Below, one piece after another: positions 8,618 to 16,782 of a stretch of 30,795 nt of DNA (position 1 is its first letter; the number at the start of each line of letters is the position of its first letter). This DNA is from a virus. Lineage: Duplodnaviria; Caudoviricetes. The stretch spans positions 1-30,795 of the IMG/VR virus record IMGVR_UViG_3300050162_000031; one strand, given 5' to 3'. The notes beneath the pieces were generated by a model. That model saw only the letters and a program-made list of their open reading frames with translations. It made no database searches and had not been told where the DNA came from. The position numbers and the translations under genes were made by a program.

Positions 8618-8982
8618 GAGAACTGGAACTTGCCCACCTCGAAAATGAGCTCGTACAGGTCGAACAAATTCTCAGCCGTGAAAACCATGTTGATTTCCGT
8701 GGGGCCTTTGACAAACTTCTTGTCTTCGACCGCGTAAACCTTCGCCTCATTGAACATCGGCAAAACGATATTGTCCATCACCGACTCGTCGATATTCTCC
8801 GAGATGATGCGGGCGGCTTTGGACACGTCCATGTCGCCAATCGCCTGACCTCCACCCATCAACGTCCCAATCACCGGCAGGGCGACTTTTTGCAGGCGCA
8901 TCATGAGTTTGTTGGCCGCAAATGCGTTCATGCGCACACACGTAAATTCTCGATTGCCGATGATGAAGGTCTGTTGATCCAT
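8557..8982 (-). CDS. Tail assembly chaperone
   Basis: Between tube and TMP; ATG at 8982 has a GGAGA SD; slippery C CCT TTT TTC near the 3' end. Confidence 0.8.
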   Translation of the reverse strand: MDQQTFIIGNREFTCVRMNAFAANKLMMRLQKVALPVIGTLMGGGQAIGDMDVSKAARIISENIDESVMDNIVLPMFNEAKVYAVEDKKFVKGPTEINMVFTAENLFDLYELIFEVGKFQFSPFFSALMGRFGNQIGAVKK

Positions 8983-9007
8983 TGGGTTATCTCCGAAACG
9001 ATGGGCC

Positions 9008-9013
9008 ATTATA
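9008..9013 (-). promoter_or_regulatory. -10 box TATAAT upstream of the tail chaperone
   Basis: Perfect TATAAT 3 nt after the terminator T-run; no clear -35. Confidence 0.45.
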
Positions 9014-9016
9014 GCG

Positions 9017-9039
9017 AAAAGGGGCCATGAGGCCCCTTT
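9017..9039 (-). terminator. Intrinsic terminator after the tail tube gene
   Basis: AAAGGGGCC-tcat-GGCCCCTTTT hairpin with a short T-run. Confidence 0.7.
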
Positions 9040-9057
9040 GTTTCATGCTGCGCGGGC

Positions 9058-9492
9058 TCAGTTGCCGCCGATGAACATGCGCATATCGGCAGCCGAGAAA
9101 ATCCAAGTGCGTTCGCCGACTTCTTTGCCGAAGGTCATCTCAGGCAGTTGCTTGACCCAGCATTGGGTGGCCGAAGCCAGCGATGTGCCCGAGCCGTCCA
9201 GAACCGAAATAGCCACCAGGGCCTTGCCGTCGTTCAGCAGGTCGTCGGCATTGACCAGCGTGGAAAGCTGGGCATTGACCTCGGAGGTTTGCAGCAGCTT
9301 GAATTCAAACTCGCCCGACTTGTTGGCATTGCGGGCGCGGCCCACGGTGCCGTCATTGCCGGTCTTGGTGAAATACATCTCTTCGTTGCGGCGGGCGATG
9401 ATGGCATCACCGTCCGACCAGCCCGAGAGAATCACACCGCCCACGGTCACGATAACCTGGGAGGGATCGTAGGAGCCTACTTTGCTTGGCAT
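9058..9492 (-). CDS. Tail tube protein (DUF3277-like)
   Basis: 144 aa; YDPSQV.VTVGG, 'LLQTSEVN..L' and 'ERTWIF' motifs; follows the sheath. Confidence 0.85.
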   Translation of the reverse strand: MPSKVGSYDPSQVIVTVGGVILSGWSDGDAIIARRNEEMYFTKTGNDGTVGRARNANKSGEFEFKLLQTSEVNAQLSTLVNADDLLNDGKALVAISVLDGSGTSLASATQCWVKQLPEMTFGKEVGERTWIFSAADMRMFIGGN

Positions 9493-9506
9493 GGGTCAGT
9501 GTCCTT

Positions 9507-10844
9507 TTACAGTTCGTAGGCCAGAGCGCCGGTCACATCGACAGCGTGGATGGCACCAGCAATGCGGGCCGTGAAGCCCAGCGCGAGCACGCGGGTGGCC
9601 TTGACGCTGGATGCCAGATCGGCCGCGATGGGGTAAGTGATCACAAAGCCCGGCACAGTGGCGCCGGTTGAGTCGAGTTCGTCGGGAGCGATGCCGCCCA
9701 CGTTTTGACCCTCTTGCAGCGACTTGCGCAGATTGGACACGCAAAGCTGAATGCCGGGATCGGTGTATGGCACCTTGTCGCGGTTGATCAGCATCTGGGT
9801 CATATTGACTTGGATCGTGTCCTTGAGCCAGTCGCGGAATCGGATCACGTCGATCCATTCACCCGCCGAAACCTTGCCGGGCGCGGTCAGGGCAACGTCG
9901 GATTGGTAGAACTCGAAAGCGTTGCCGCCCTTGTTTTGCACGGTCTGGCGCTGGGTCGAAGTCAGCTTGGAAGGGGTGATGCTAGACAGGCCCTTCAGCG
10001 CCCAAGTCTCGCCGCCCGGCTGGATGGTAAACACACGGCCAGCCCATGCGGCGTCGGGGTACTCGGTCGCGGCATTGGTGTGATACAGCGCGGCGGTGCG
10101 ATAGTATCGCGTGGCTTTGAGCGTGCTCAAGAGGTCGGTCGTGGTCGAAGGCACCAGCACGTCGGCGTCGGCCGTCGCGGTGATGAACAACTTCTCGTTC
10201 GCCTCAGTCCACTCAGCGGCAGCCAGTTGGGTTGCCTTGACGCGTTCGGTCATCACCAGGCCATACCAAGTCGCATCTTCGTCAAGGATGGCGGTTAGGT
10301 CATCGGCCACAGCGGTAGACGCCGACAGCGGCGAGATCAGGCCCCAAGCCAAGCCAGTGCCCAGCGTGACGCCCACGCGGTCGGTCTGCGAGATGTAGGC
10401 CAGCTCCAAAGTGTTGCCCGCAACCGTGCCCGTGATTTTTTCGTTCGTGTCAGCCGTGATCGCAGCAGCCAGACCGGCCACGATTTCAGCGGCGGTCGCG
10501 CTGGCGTCAGCGGTGTAGCTGTAGGTTTCGCCGTTGTCGGTAGAAATGGTGTAGGTGCCGAGATTCAGCAGTTCTGACACTTCGACCACAGCCTTGAGCA
10601 CCGAACGACGGCCGACCTTGACCTTCTTCGGTCGCGGGGTTTGCGCGAAGCAGTCCGACAGCGCGGTCAGCATCGAGGGCGGAAGTTTGTCGGCGGCGGC
10701 GGCGGCGTAGCTGGTGTAGACGCGCACGCGCTCAGTGAAATTCATCATCGGGGCCACGATCATGGGCACGCCGAATTCACCACGGGTCACGCCCGTGGTT
10801 TGCAGAGCAATCTGCACGTTTACGATATCGTCAAGCGATGCCAT
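9507..10844 (-). CDS. Tail sheath protein (DUF3383-like)
   Basis: PGGETWALKGL, GEWIDVIRFRDWL, KVPYTDPG and AGAIHAV motifs; AGGAG SD. Confidence 0.92.
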   Translation of the reverse strand: MASLDDIVNVQIALQTTGVTRGEFGVPMIVAPMMNFTERVRVYTSYAAAAADKLPPSMLTALSDCFAQTPRPKKVKVGRRSVLKAVVEVSELLNLGTYTISTDNGETYSYTADASATAAEIVAGLAAAITADTNEKITGTVAGNTLELAYISQTDRVGVTLGTGLAWGLISPLSASTAVADDLTAILDEDATWYGLVMTERVKATQLAAAEWTEANEKLFITATADADVLVPSTTTDLLSTLKATRYYRTAALYHTNAATEYPDAAWAGRVFTIQPGGETWALKGLSSITPSKLTSTQRQTVQNKGGNAFEFYQSDVALTAPGKVSAGEWIDVIRFRDWLKDTIQVNMTQMLINRDKVPYTDPGIQLCVSNLRKSLQEGQNVGGIAPDELDSTGATVPGFVITYPIAADLASSVKATRVLALGFTARIAGAIHAVDVTGALAYEL

Positions 10845-10860
10845 CTTGGCTCCTATTCAA

Positions 10861-10877
10861 TGGGGGTATTTATAGCA
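10861..10877 (-). promoter_or_regulatory. Extended -10 promoter upstream of the sheath
   Basis: TGc-TATAAA-TaccccCA in a 45-nt intergenic gap, followed by AGGAG. Confidence 0.45.
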
Positions 10878-10889
10878 GAAATGGGGCAT

Positions 10890-11414
10890 TTAGACAACAC
10901 CACTCGCCACCACAGTATCAATCACCGATGCCGACTCAGCCTCGGGGTATTCGCCTTTGATGCTGACAGTATCAATGATGCCGACACGATCCAGCACTCG
11001 GGTGCCGAATCGGATAAACAGGTCAACGGCGGCGCGGGGCTCCATCGTCGAATTGTCGAGTTTCAGCGTGATATTGTTGACCGGGCCGGTTTTGAAACAC
11101 GCGATCTTCTTTGAACGCCATGCCGCGATCACGGTCATGCGGTCTAGATCGGATTTCAGCGCATGGCACTTGATTTCAGAGTCGGCGCCGAATCGTTGCA
11201 GGGCTAGCGTACCTTCGTTCGTGCGGTAAATGGTCTGGTCGCCGTCTACGGTCACGCCTTGGCTATACCCCGCGCTACCCAAAGTCGGGATGACGTTTAG
11301 CCGCATTGTCCAGTAGGGCAGCGCAGGGCGTGGGCTATTCTGGTCAGCCCAAATCACCGTTTCACCGGCCAGAGCCGACACAAGCTCGTACAGGTCTGGC
11401 TTGAGCGTGTCCAT
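10890..11414 (-). CDS. Neck / tail terminator protein
   Basis: VIWADQNSPRPALPY N-terminal motif; immediately precedes the sheath. Confidence 0.75.
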   Translation of the reverse strand: MDTLKPDLYELVSALAGETVIWADQNSPRPALPYWTMRLNVIPTLGSAGYSQGVTVDGDQTIYRTNEGTLALQRFGADSEIKCHALKSDLDRMTVIAAWRSKKIACFKTGPVNNITLKLDNSTMEPRAAVDLFIRFGTRVLDRVGIIDTVSIKGEYPEAESASVIDTVVASGVV

Positions 11415-11998
11415 TACAGCGCCTTCACGATGCGGATATACCAGCCGTTGACCTTGACCGATGCCGTGGCGTCAGACCAGATTCGGAGTTCTCCCGGCGT
11501 GGTGCGAACAGTGCTGGAGCCGATGTAAAACCCGGACATGACAACCATCTTGTGCGCTCCGGCCGTTTTGAATTGAGTCTCGCTGTTCTCAAGCGTGAAT
11601 TCAATACCAGACCCGATGCCAAGCCGAATATCAGTCTTGACGATCTGGTTTGCACTCGTCGTCGTCACCACAATATCAGCCCGGATTTCGAGCGTGGTAT
11701 TGATGGGCAGTTGTGACAGGTCAAGCTGATTCGTCGTGGTGTTCCACACCGACGTGACACCGGAGGGCAAGGCGTCAATCTTGGTATTCGCCCCGGCCTT
11801 GTCGTTCGTGAGTTTCGTCCACGTCGATGCCGCCACCGCGATGGGCGTGGTGCTGGTCGTCAGGTCGTTGTAATCCACAAACCCCGTGCGGGTTTGCAGA
11901 GCCTCAATTTCAGTCTTTGCAGCTGAGAAATTGGCCCGCACGCCCGAAGTTGTGGCCGCACCAAGTGGGGGGATGGCTGCATTGATGTTAGACGACAT
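11414..11998 (-). CDS. Putative neck/head fibre protein
   Basis: N-terminal helix (GVRANFSAAKTEIEALQ) followed by a Thr/Ser-rich beta-strand domain; inserted among neck genes. Confidence 0.45.
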   Translation of the reverse strand: MSSNINAAIPPLGAATTSGVRANFSAAKTEIEALQTRTGFVDYNDLTTSTTPIAVAASTWTKLTNDKAGANTKIDALPSGVTSVWNTTTNQLDLSQLPINTTLEIRADIVVTTTSANQIVKTDIRLGIGSGIEFTLENSETQFKTAGAHKMVVMSGFYIGSSTVRTTPGELRIWSDATASVKVNGWYIRIVKAL

Positions 11999-12001
11999 GG
12001 C

Positions 12002-12385
12002 TTACTTTCTGACGATGGCGCCGCTTGTCCAGTCGGTCACATTGGTGACGGCAAATGACTTGACGGCATGGTATTTGTAGTGACTGATCACACCTGACCG
12101 GTACGGGAAAGCGCTCACAAGCTCATAGGCCCATCCCTCATGCACCACAAAATCGGGCTGCACGCCGTTGCCGTCTTCGACCGTTTGCAGCTTGGTATCG
12201 GTGTAGACCTTGACGTAATCAGACCAGCGACGACCCTCGGGCAAGGCTTGCATATCCTGCCCCTGCACGATTGGCTGCACGCTTGCATAGATGGCCCCGG
12301 ACGAGCGCACACCGGCCACCCAGACGCCATCGACGTAGGCGCCGGGTGTTTCGGTCAGGATGCTTTTGGCAATGCGGAAGGTCAC
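12002..12385 (-). CDS. Head closure (stopper) protein
   Basis: GAYVDGVWV, ASVQP and LPEGRR motifs; position. Confidence 0.7.
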   Translation of the reverse strand: MTFRIAKSILTETPGAYVDGVWVAGVRSSGAIYASVQPIVQGQDMQALPEGRRWSDYVKVYTDTKLQTVEDGNGVQPDFVVHEGWAYELVSAFPYRSGVISHYKYHAVKSFAVTNVTDWTSGAIVRK

Positions 12386-12837
12386 TCTTTGGGCCTCACG
12401 GAGATTTGCACAGCGTTGACCATGGCTGACGTGTCCACCAGAGTCTTAGTGCTGCCCTTCTTGGCTTTGACCGTGGAGTCGGCCAGGCGGGGCAGAAAGT
12501 CGCGGTTGGTGATCGTGTTTTTCGTGCGCTCAACGTGCCGCATGCCGATGACCGTCAACGCCTGCCGGGCGGTGCGCTCACCCGAGCACACGGCCCCATA
12601 TTGGGCTTGCATATCGCGCTCAATATCGGGGCGGTTTTCGTCGAACGTCGTCCGCATGAAAGGACGATCAGGGATATTCTCAGTGCCGTATTCGTTCGCG
12701 GCTGCATATTCCGCGATGGCGTAGCCGTCGGCGTTTTTGGAGCCTTCCAGAATGCCGACCGCGACTTCCAGCTTGTTGGCTTTCGCCAGTTCTCGCCGAA
12801 TCCGCGCCCATCCCCGATCAATGTCCTTCGTGCTCAT
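12382..12837 (-). CDS. Neck / tail completion protein
   Basis: AANEYGTENIPDRPFMR and KKGSTKTLVDT motifs. Confidence 0.8.
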   Translation of the reverse strand: MSTKDIDRGWARIRRELAKANKLEVAVGILEGSKNADGYAIAEYAAANEYGTENIPDRPFMRTTFDENRPDIERDMQAQYGAVCSGERTARQALTVIGMRHVERTKNTITNRDFLPRLADSTVKAKKGSTKTLVDTSAMVNAVQISVRPKE

Positions 12838-13178
12838 CTCGTCATGATCCCCAGGCCGAAATAAGCCAGCCCCAGTTTGTCTAGCTGGTCGGCATAGATG
12901 TCGGTGATCGTGCTGCTAGAGGCCTCCGAATATTTGCGCGTCAGGTCGCCTTCGCGCTCCTCGATGACGGCCCCGCCAGCAGACCCGCCCGTGAGCGAGG
13001 TCTTGCGAAGCACCATAAGCGATGCGGCCTTGAGCGCTTGGGCAAGCGGCTGTGCGTCAACGGGATACCCGGCCACGTTGATATACAGCGTGGCCATCGT
13101 GAGATATTGATTCACCGTCGCGTCAGACTCGGCGGCGAATTCAGGGGCGGCGATGCGGAAGGCTTCTAGGGGCGTCAT
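12834..13178 (-). CDS. Head-tail adaptor (DUF4054-like)
   Basis: FRIAAPEFA N-terminus and EREGDLTRKY; position after the capsid. Confidence 0.75.
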   Translation of the reverse strand: MTPLEAFRIAAPEFAAESDATVNQYLTMATLYINVAGYPVDAQPLAQALKAASLMVLRKTSLTGGSAGGAVIEEREGDLTRKYSEASSSTITDIYADQLDKLGLAYFGLGIMTR

Positions 13179-13399
13179 GCTTGGACTTTCGGGGGGCGGC
13201 CTCGGCGCTTGGGTGCGTCGGCTGGCGCGTCGTCTTGCGACTCATCCTCCACAGCCGGCGCCACCATCTCAACTACCTCGATCAGCTCATCCTTATTCAG
13301 CGCACCGCGCCACGATTCAGGCACGGCCGCATCGGCGCCAGGCGCGATACACACGTCACCAATCCAATGGGGGCGAGCGGAGATGTTTTTGATGAGCAT
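13175..13399 (-). CDS. Small hypothetical protein after the capsid
   Basis: 74 aa, AGGA SD, acidic linker and C-terminal KRRGRPPK AT-hook-like motif. Confidence 0.7.
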   Translation of the reverse strand: MLIKNISARPHWIGDVCIAPGADAAVPESWRGALNKDELIEVVEMVAPAVEDESQDDAPADAPKRRGRPPKVQA

Positions 13400-13427
13400 G
13401 GTTGATTATCCTACGGTTGATGGCAAT

Positions 13428-13450
13428 AAAAAAGGGGGCCGAAGCCCCCT
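13428..13450 (-). terminator. Intrinsic terminator after the major capsid gene
   Basis: AGGGGGC-TTCG-GCCCCCT followed by a T-run. Confidence 0.85.
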
Positions 13451-13468
13451 CATTGTAGCCGGTTTGGC

Positions 13469-14428
13469 TTAGATGCCGTCGGCTTGGGCAAAAGCCAGCG
13501 GGTATTCGATGGTCACGCCACCGAAACGCGATTCGCAAGCCACCGTGAAGTCCAGGGCTTCACGCTCCGGGGCATATTGGCGGAACATCATGGGGATGTT
13601 CAGTTGCCAATTGTCCATGCTGTTTTCCAGGGCGATCATGCGATCGGTGCCACTGGCGCCCGCGCCAGACAGTTCGATCACGCCTCGGAAGGTCACGCCG
13701 GGGAAAACCGACTTGAGGAAGGCCAGCACCGTGGTATCGCTTGCAACGCTGTTTTGCGTGGTCGAGATCAGGGCGAATTGGCTGATCGGCATCCACACTT
13801 CGGTCGCGGCATGAATGCCCTTCGACTGAGTGATGATGGTGTTGATCAGGGCCGAAATGTCGCGCACGATCTTGTCAGCGGTCTTGCTGGCGAAGGTCTT
13901 GCTAGAGCCGGTGCCGTCAGCGGCCAGCGTGACGCTGGGGATGTTGGCATTGGTCAGCAGACCAGGCAGACCATGCTCAGTGTCGCCCGAAAAGGCCAGA
14001 GCGTTGATCTTCTCATCGTGGGCACGCTTGGCAGCGCTGGCGCGCTTGGCGCTCAGGGGCACACCGGCAAAAGCGGCCGAACGGATGTCGTGGGTCGAGT
14101 AGCCGTAGGCGTTGCCGATCGAGCGGATGGGCGACGTGAATTCCTTGCCCACCACATCGGCGCGGGGCAAGTCGTTGGCATAGTTGGCGATGACCTTGGC
14201 CATGCCAACCGTGTCGAACTGGCGATAGGTGATGGTGCTGGCGCCTTCGGGGATCGAAGTGTCAACAGGCATCAGGTTCAGGGCCGACAGATTGGCGCGC
14301 TTGATGTCGTAGGTCTGCGAGCGGATGTGTTCCAGCTGGCGGGCGAAAAACACCGATTCGTTGGCGTCCAGTCGGCCGCTGGCCTCAATGGCACGCAGGT
14401 CGGCGGCGTCGTAGTTCATTTCAGGCAT
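13469..14428 (-). CDS. Major capsid protein (DUF2184 / encapsulin-like HK97 fold)
   Basis: FFARQLEHI, GMAKVIANYANDLPRADV and SRFGGVTIEYP motifs; AGGAG SD; followed by a terminator. Confidence 0.92.
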   Translation of the reverse strand: MPEMNYDAADLRAIEASGRLDANESVFFARQLEHIRSQTYDIKRANLSALNLMPVDTSIPEGASTITYRQFDTVGMAKVIANYANDLPRADVVGKEFTSPIRSIGNAYGYSTHDIRSAAFAGVPLSAKRASAAKRAHDEKINALAFSGDTEHGLPGLLTNANIPSVTLAADGTGSSKTFASKTADKIVRDISALINTIITQSKGIHAATEVWMPISQFALISTTQNSVASDTTVLAFLKSVFPGVTFRGVIELSGAGASGTDRMIALENSMDNWQLNIPMMFRQYAPEREALDFTVACESRFGGVTIEYPLAFAQADGI

Positions 14429-14440
14429 TGTGTGCTCCTA

Positions 14441-14893
14441 TTACTTGACATCGACGAGAGCCAGACCGGCGGCAGTGGTGCCGGTGACAAATCGCACGGT
14501 GATCTGGGTGAATGCTTCGGTACCAGCGGCCACGGCTTCGTCGGTCAGCTTGCCGGAGGCGGTCACCAGGTTGGCGACAGCGCCAGCTACGACAGCGTCG
14601 TTGGTATTGACCCAGAAGCGACCACGGGTCAGGGTGTTGACCGTTTCAAACTGGTTGTACTGCACGACACCGGCAGAGGTCTGCTCACGGGCGCCATCGG
14701 CGACAGCGAAGCCCACGGCGGCGGCGCCGGTAGTGGCCTTCTTGACTTGCTTTTCCTTCGAGGTGCCCAGCATGACCGGGTAGGCGAAGGGAATGGCTTC
14801 TTCAGATGCGTAAGACAGCACGTTCTTTTCGCCGATGCCGTCCAGCATGCCAGCAAAAGCGGCCGCGCCGTATTGAGAAATGGTGCTTTGCAT
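14441..14893 (-). CDS. Capsid decoration (cement) protein
   Basis: 150 aa Ala/Gly/Thr-rich protein with TRGRFWV, between scaffold and capsid. Confidence 0.75.
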   Translation of the reverse strand: MQSTISQYGAAAFAGMLDGIGEKNVLSYASEEAIPFAYPVMLGTSKEKQVKKATTGAAAVGFAVADGAREQTSAGVVQYNQFETVNTLTRGRFWVNTNDAVVAGAVANLVTASGKLTDEAVAAGTEAFTQITVRFVTGTTAAGLALVDVK

Positions 14894-14896
14894 GGC

Positions 14897-15406
14897 TTAG
14901 TCCTTTTTGCCCAGAGAATTCATGTGGTCACGGTACTTTTGACGCGACGAGGAGATGGCAGGAGCCGCATCACCACGCACACCTGCCTCACGCTGCGAAG
15001 CCACAGCGGCATCTTTGCGGGCTTCGACGGCGAGGTCAAAGGCGGCATCGACGTAGGCGTCCGACTTGGCAGACAGGTCGGCATCCTTGCGCACGGCCTT
15101 GATAACGGCCTCTTTGACGGCGCGGTCGCTCAGGTCGGTGCAGTCCACCTTGAAGGCTTCAGCGGCCTTTTCCAGCGCGGCGCGGGCCTTGATTTCAGCG
15201 CGGGCTTCGGTCAGGGCGTCAGCCTTGACTTGAGCCAGATCCACGGCGCCAGCCTTCAGGGCATCGCGCTCGGCGGCGAGCTTGTCGGCGTCGGCTTTGA
15301 GTTGGTCATGATCGGCGCGCAGCTTGTCAAAAGCCACGGCCACTTCGGGAGCGGCCTGATACTCCAGGCCGTTATCCAGCCGAATACGGCTCAGGTTTTC
15401 AGGCAT
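14897..15406 (-). CDS. Nested in-frame scaffolding protein (internal start)
   Basis: GAGGAaacgATG at the boundary between the protease domain and the Ala/Lys/Asp-rich coiled coil (MPENLSRIRLDNG...). Confidence 0.55.
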   Translation of the reverse strand: MPENLSRIRLDNGLEYQAAPEVAVAFDKLRADHDQLKADADKLAAERDALKAGAVDLAQVKADALTEARAEIKARAALEKAAEAFKVDCTDLSDRAVKEAVIKAVRKDADLSAKSDAYVDAAFDLAVEARKDAAVASQREAGVRGDAAPAISSSRQKYRDHMNSLGKKD

Positions 15407-15955
15407 CGTTTCCTCGTCTTGGGTCAAAACAACGGCATCACTGCCGTCCATATTGAGGCGGGCATTACCTGCCCGGCCTCGTTTCACCAGGGCCAAATGA
15501 TTGACCCTGATATCCTTTTGGATGGCGTCATACTGCTGGCCATTCCACTCGCCGGGCGTCATGTCGAGCACGACACGATAGCCAAGCGACAATTCCTGTT
15601 TGCCGCCGTTGGTGATCTTGTCGATCACGTCACCGTCATGGATGACGATAGGGGCGACCACATTATCGCCATCTTGCTTACCCTCCCCCTGAATCACGCC
15701 GATGGTCAAAGCCTTGGCATTTTTCGAGGTGACGGGTTCGCTGGGGTGATCGTCGGTAATGGGTTTACCCGCCATAGATGCCAGCGCATCGGGGTGGAAA
15801 ACCTCCTCCGGTGGGCGAAACTCTCGGCGGATAGACCCGTCGGCATTTTGGTAGACCTGAATACCCACCCGGCCCACGATGGGCGTGTCTACAATAAAAC
15901 CCTCGTCAGTGCGGCGGGCTTTGATTGTGGCGCGGTCATAGCGGGTAACGATCAT
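14897..15955 (-). CDS. Prohead protease/scaffold (DUF2213)
   Basis: RVGIQVY, RPPEEVF, KPITDDHP, ELSLGY and NHLALVKRGRAG motifs; ATG at 15955 preferred to the track start at 16018; coiled-coil C-terminal half. Confidence 0.9.
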   Translation of the reverse strand: MIVTRYDRATIKARRTDEGFIVDTPIVGRVGIQVYQNADGSIRREFRPPEEVFHPDALASMAGKPITDDHPSEPVTSKNAKALTIGVIQGEGKQDGDNVVAPIVIHDGDVIDKITNGGKQELSLGYRVVLDMTPGEWNGQQYDAIQKDIRVNHLALVKRGRAGNARLNMDGSDAVVLTQDEETMPENLSRIRLDNGLEYQAAPEVAVAFDKLRADHDQLKADADKLAAERDALKAGAVDLAQVKADALTEARAEIKARAALEKAAEAFKVDCTDLSDRAVKEAVIKAVRKDADLSAKSDAYVDAAFDLAVEARKDAAVASQREAGVRGDAAPAISSSRQKYRDHMNSLGKKD

Positions 15956-15990
15956 GCGGCATTTATACCATATTCGACGGGTATTGGCAA
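15956..15990 (-). promoter_or_regulatory. Sigma70-like promoter, predicted leaderless transcript
   Basis: TTGCCA-17 nt-TATAAA (preceded by TGg)-Tgccgc-ATG fills the whole intergenic gap; no SD. Confidence 0.6.
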
Positions 15991-16782
15991 TTACTCCCAA
16001 ACCCCTTCGGCACGGCACCGGCAGCGCACCGGCTGGCCCGGTAGGCCTTCGCTGGGTGGCTTGTCAAAGGCAAATGTTTTGCCGTTGAGGTAAACATGCT
16101 CAGGCCTCACCCGGCTGTCTTGCACGCTGCGCCACACAAAACGCTTGACCCCCACGGATTCAAGCCGGTATTTTGTCAGGTCAGCATTCAGCTTCAACGT
16201 CTGGTCTTGCGCAATCAGCTTGGCCCGGTAATCCGTGACGCCATATTGGTGTTTGATCTGCTCGGTCAATTGCTTGACGCTTGCACCATTCATCACGCCC
16301 CGGCGAATGATCCCCTCTAGGTCGGTGTGCAGCTTGGTTGGCAGAGTCTTGATAAGGTCGGTGTTCGCCTTGACCCAGTTCTCGGCAAGCGGCTGCAAAA
16401 ATGGCTCGTTGCGAAACACGTTCACACCCAGACCGGGACGCTCCACGACATCGGGCACGTCAAGCCCGGTATTCGCCTTGACGACCATCCGAAACTGCGT
16501 GTCGTTCCACTTGGACACAGCCTCAAACCTGCCGGGCAACGTGGCCACCTGCACATTGACAAGCGACAGGGCAAGCTGCGCCAGTTCAAGCAGCAGCGCG
16601 GCAAGGTCAGACGAAAACGAATCCCCACGCAACTCCCGCTGCCCCTGCTCCACAAGGCGGGGCAATTGGGGCAGGAGGTATTGCGTCACGTCGCCCCGAA
16701 TCTGGCGCGACAGGCGCAGCAGGGCGCGGGTGTATTCCCGCTCGGCGCTGTCAGGCGGGTTCAGTAGGGTCTTCTTCGCCAA
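15991..16782 (-). CDS. Head morphogenesis protein (SPP1 gp7 / Mu gpF family)
   Basis: RAKLIAQDQTLKLN, WRSVQDSRVRPEH and PGQPVRCRC motifs; TTG start with GGAG upstream. Confidence 0.9.
   Translation of the reverse strand: MAKKTLLNPPDSAEREYTRALLRLSRQIRGDVTQYLLPQLPRLVEQGQRELRGDSFSSDLAALLLELAQLALSLVNVQVATLPGRFEAVSKWNDTQFRMVVKANTGLDVPDVVERPGLGVNVFRNEPFLQPLAENWVKANTDLIKTLPTKLHTDLEGIIRRGVMNGASVKQLTEQIKHQYGVTDYRAKLIAQDQTLKLNADLTKYRLESVGVKRFVWRSVQDSRVRPEHVYLNGKTFAFDKPPSEGLPGQPVRCRCRAEGVWE

Noticed and set aside
7650-8648. 332-aa + strand ORF and the many other + strand ORFs across 1-26000
   Set aside because: Antisense to well-supported structural genes; expected in GC-rich DNA.
10867-10874. TATAAATA as a T4-type late promoter
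   Set aside because: I saw only this exact copy and no gp55-like sigma in the window; better read as an extended -10.
13452-13457. TACAAT -10-like hexamer after the capsid stop
   Set aside because: It would initiate inside the terminator hairpin and has no -35 or TG extension.
13484-16093. 869-aa + strand ORF antisense to capsid, decoration and protease genes
   Set aside because: Shadow ORF of three biased, same-frame genes on the - strand; no SD or recognisable motif.
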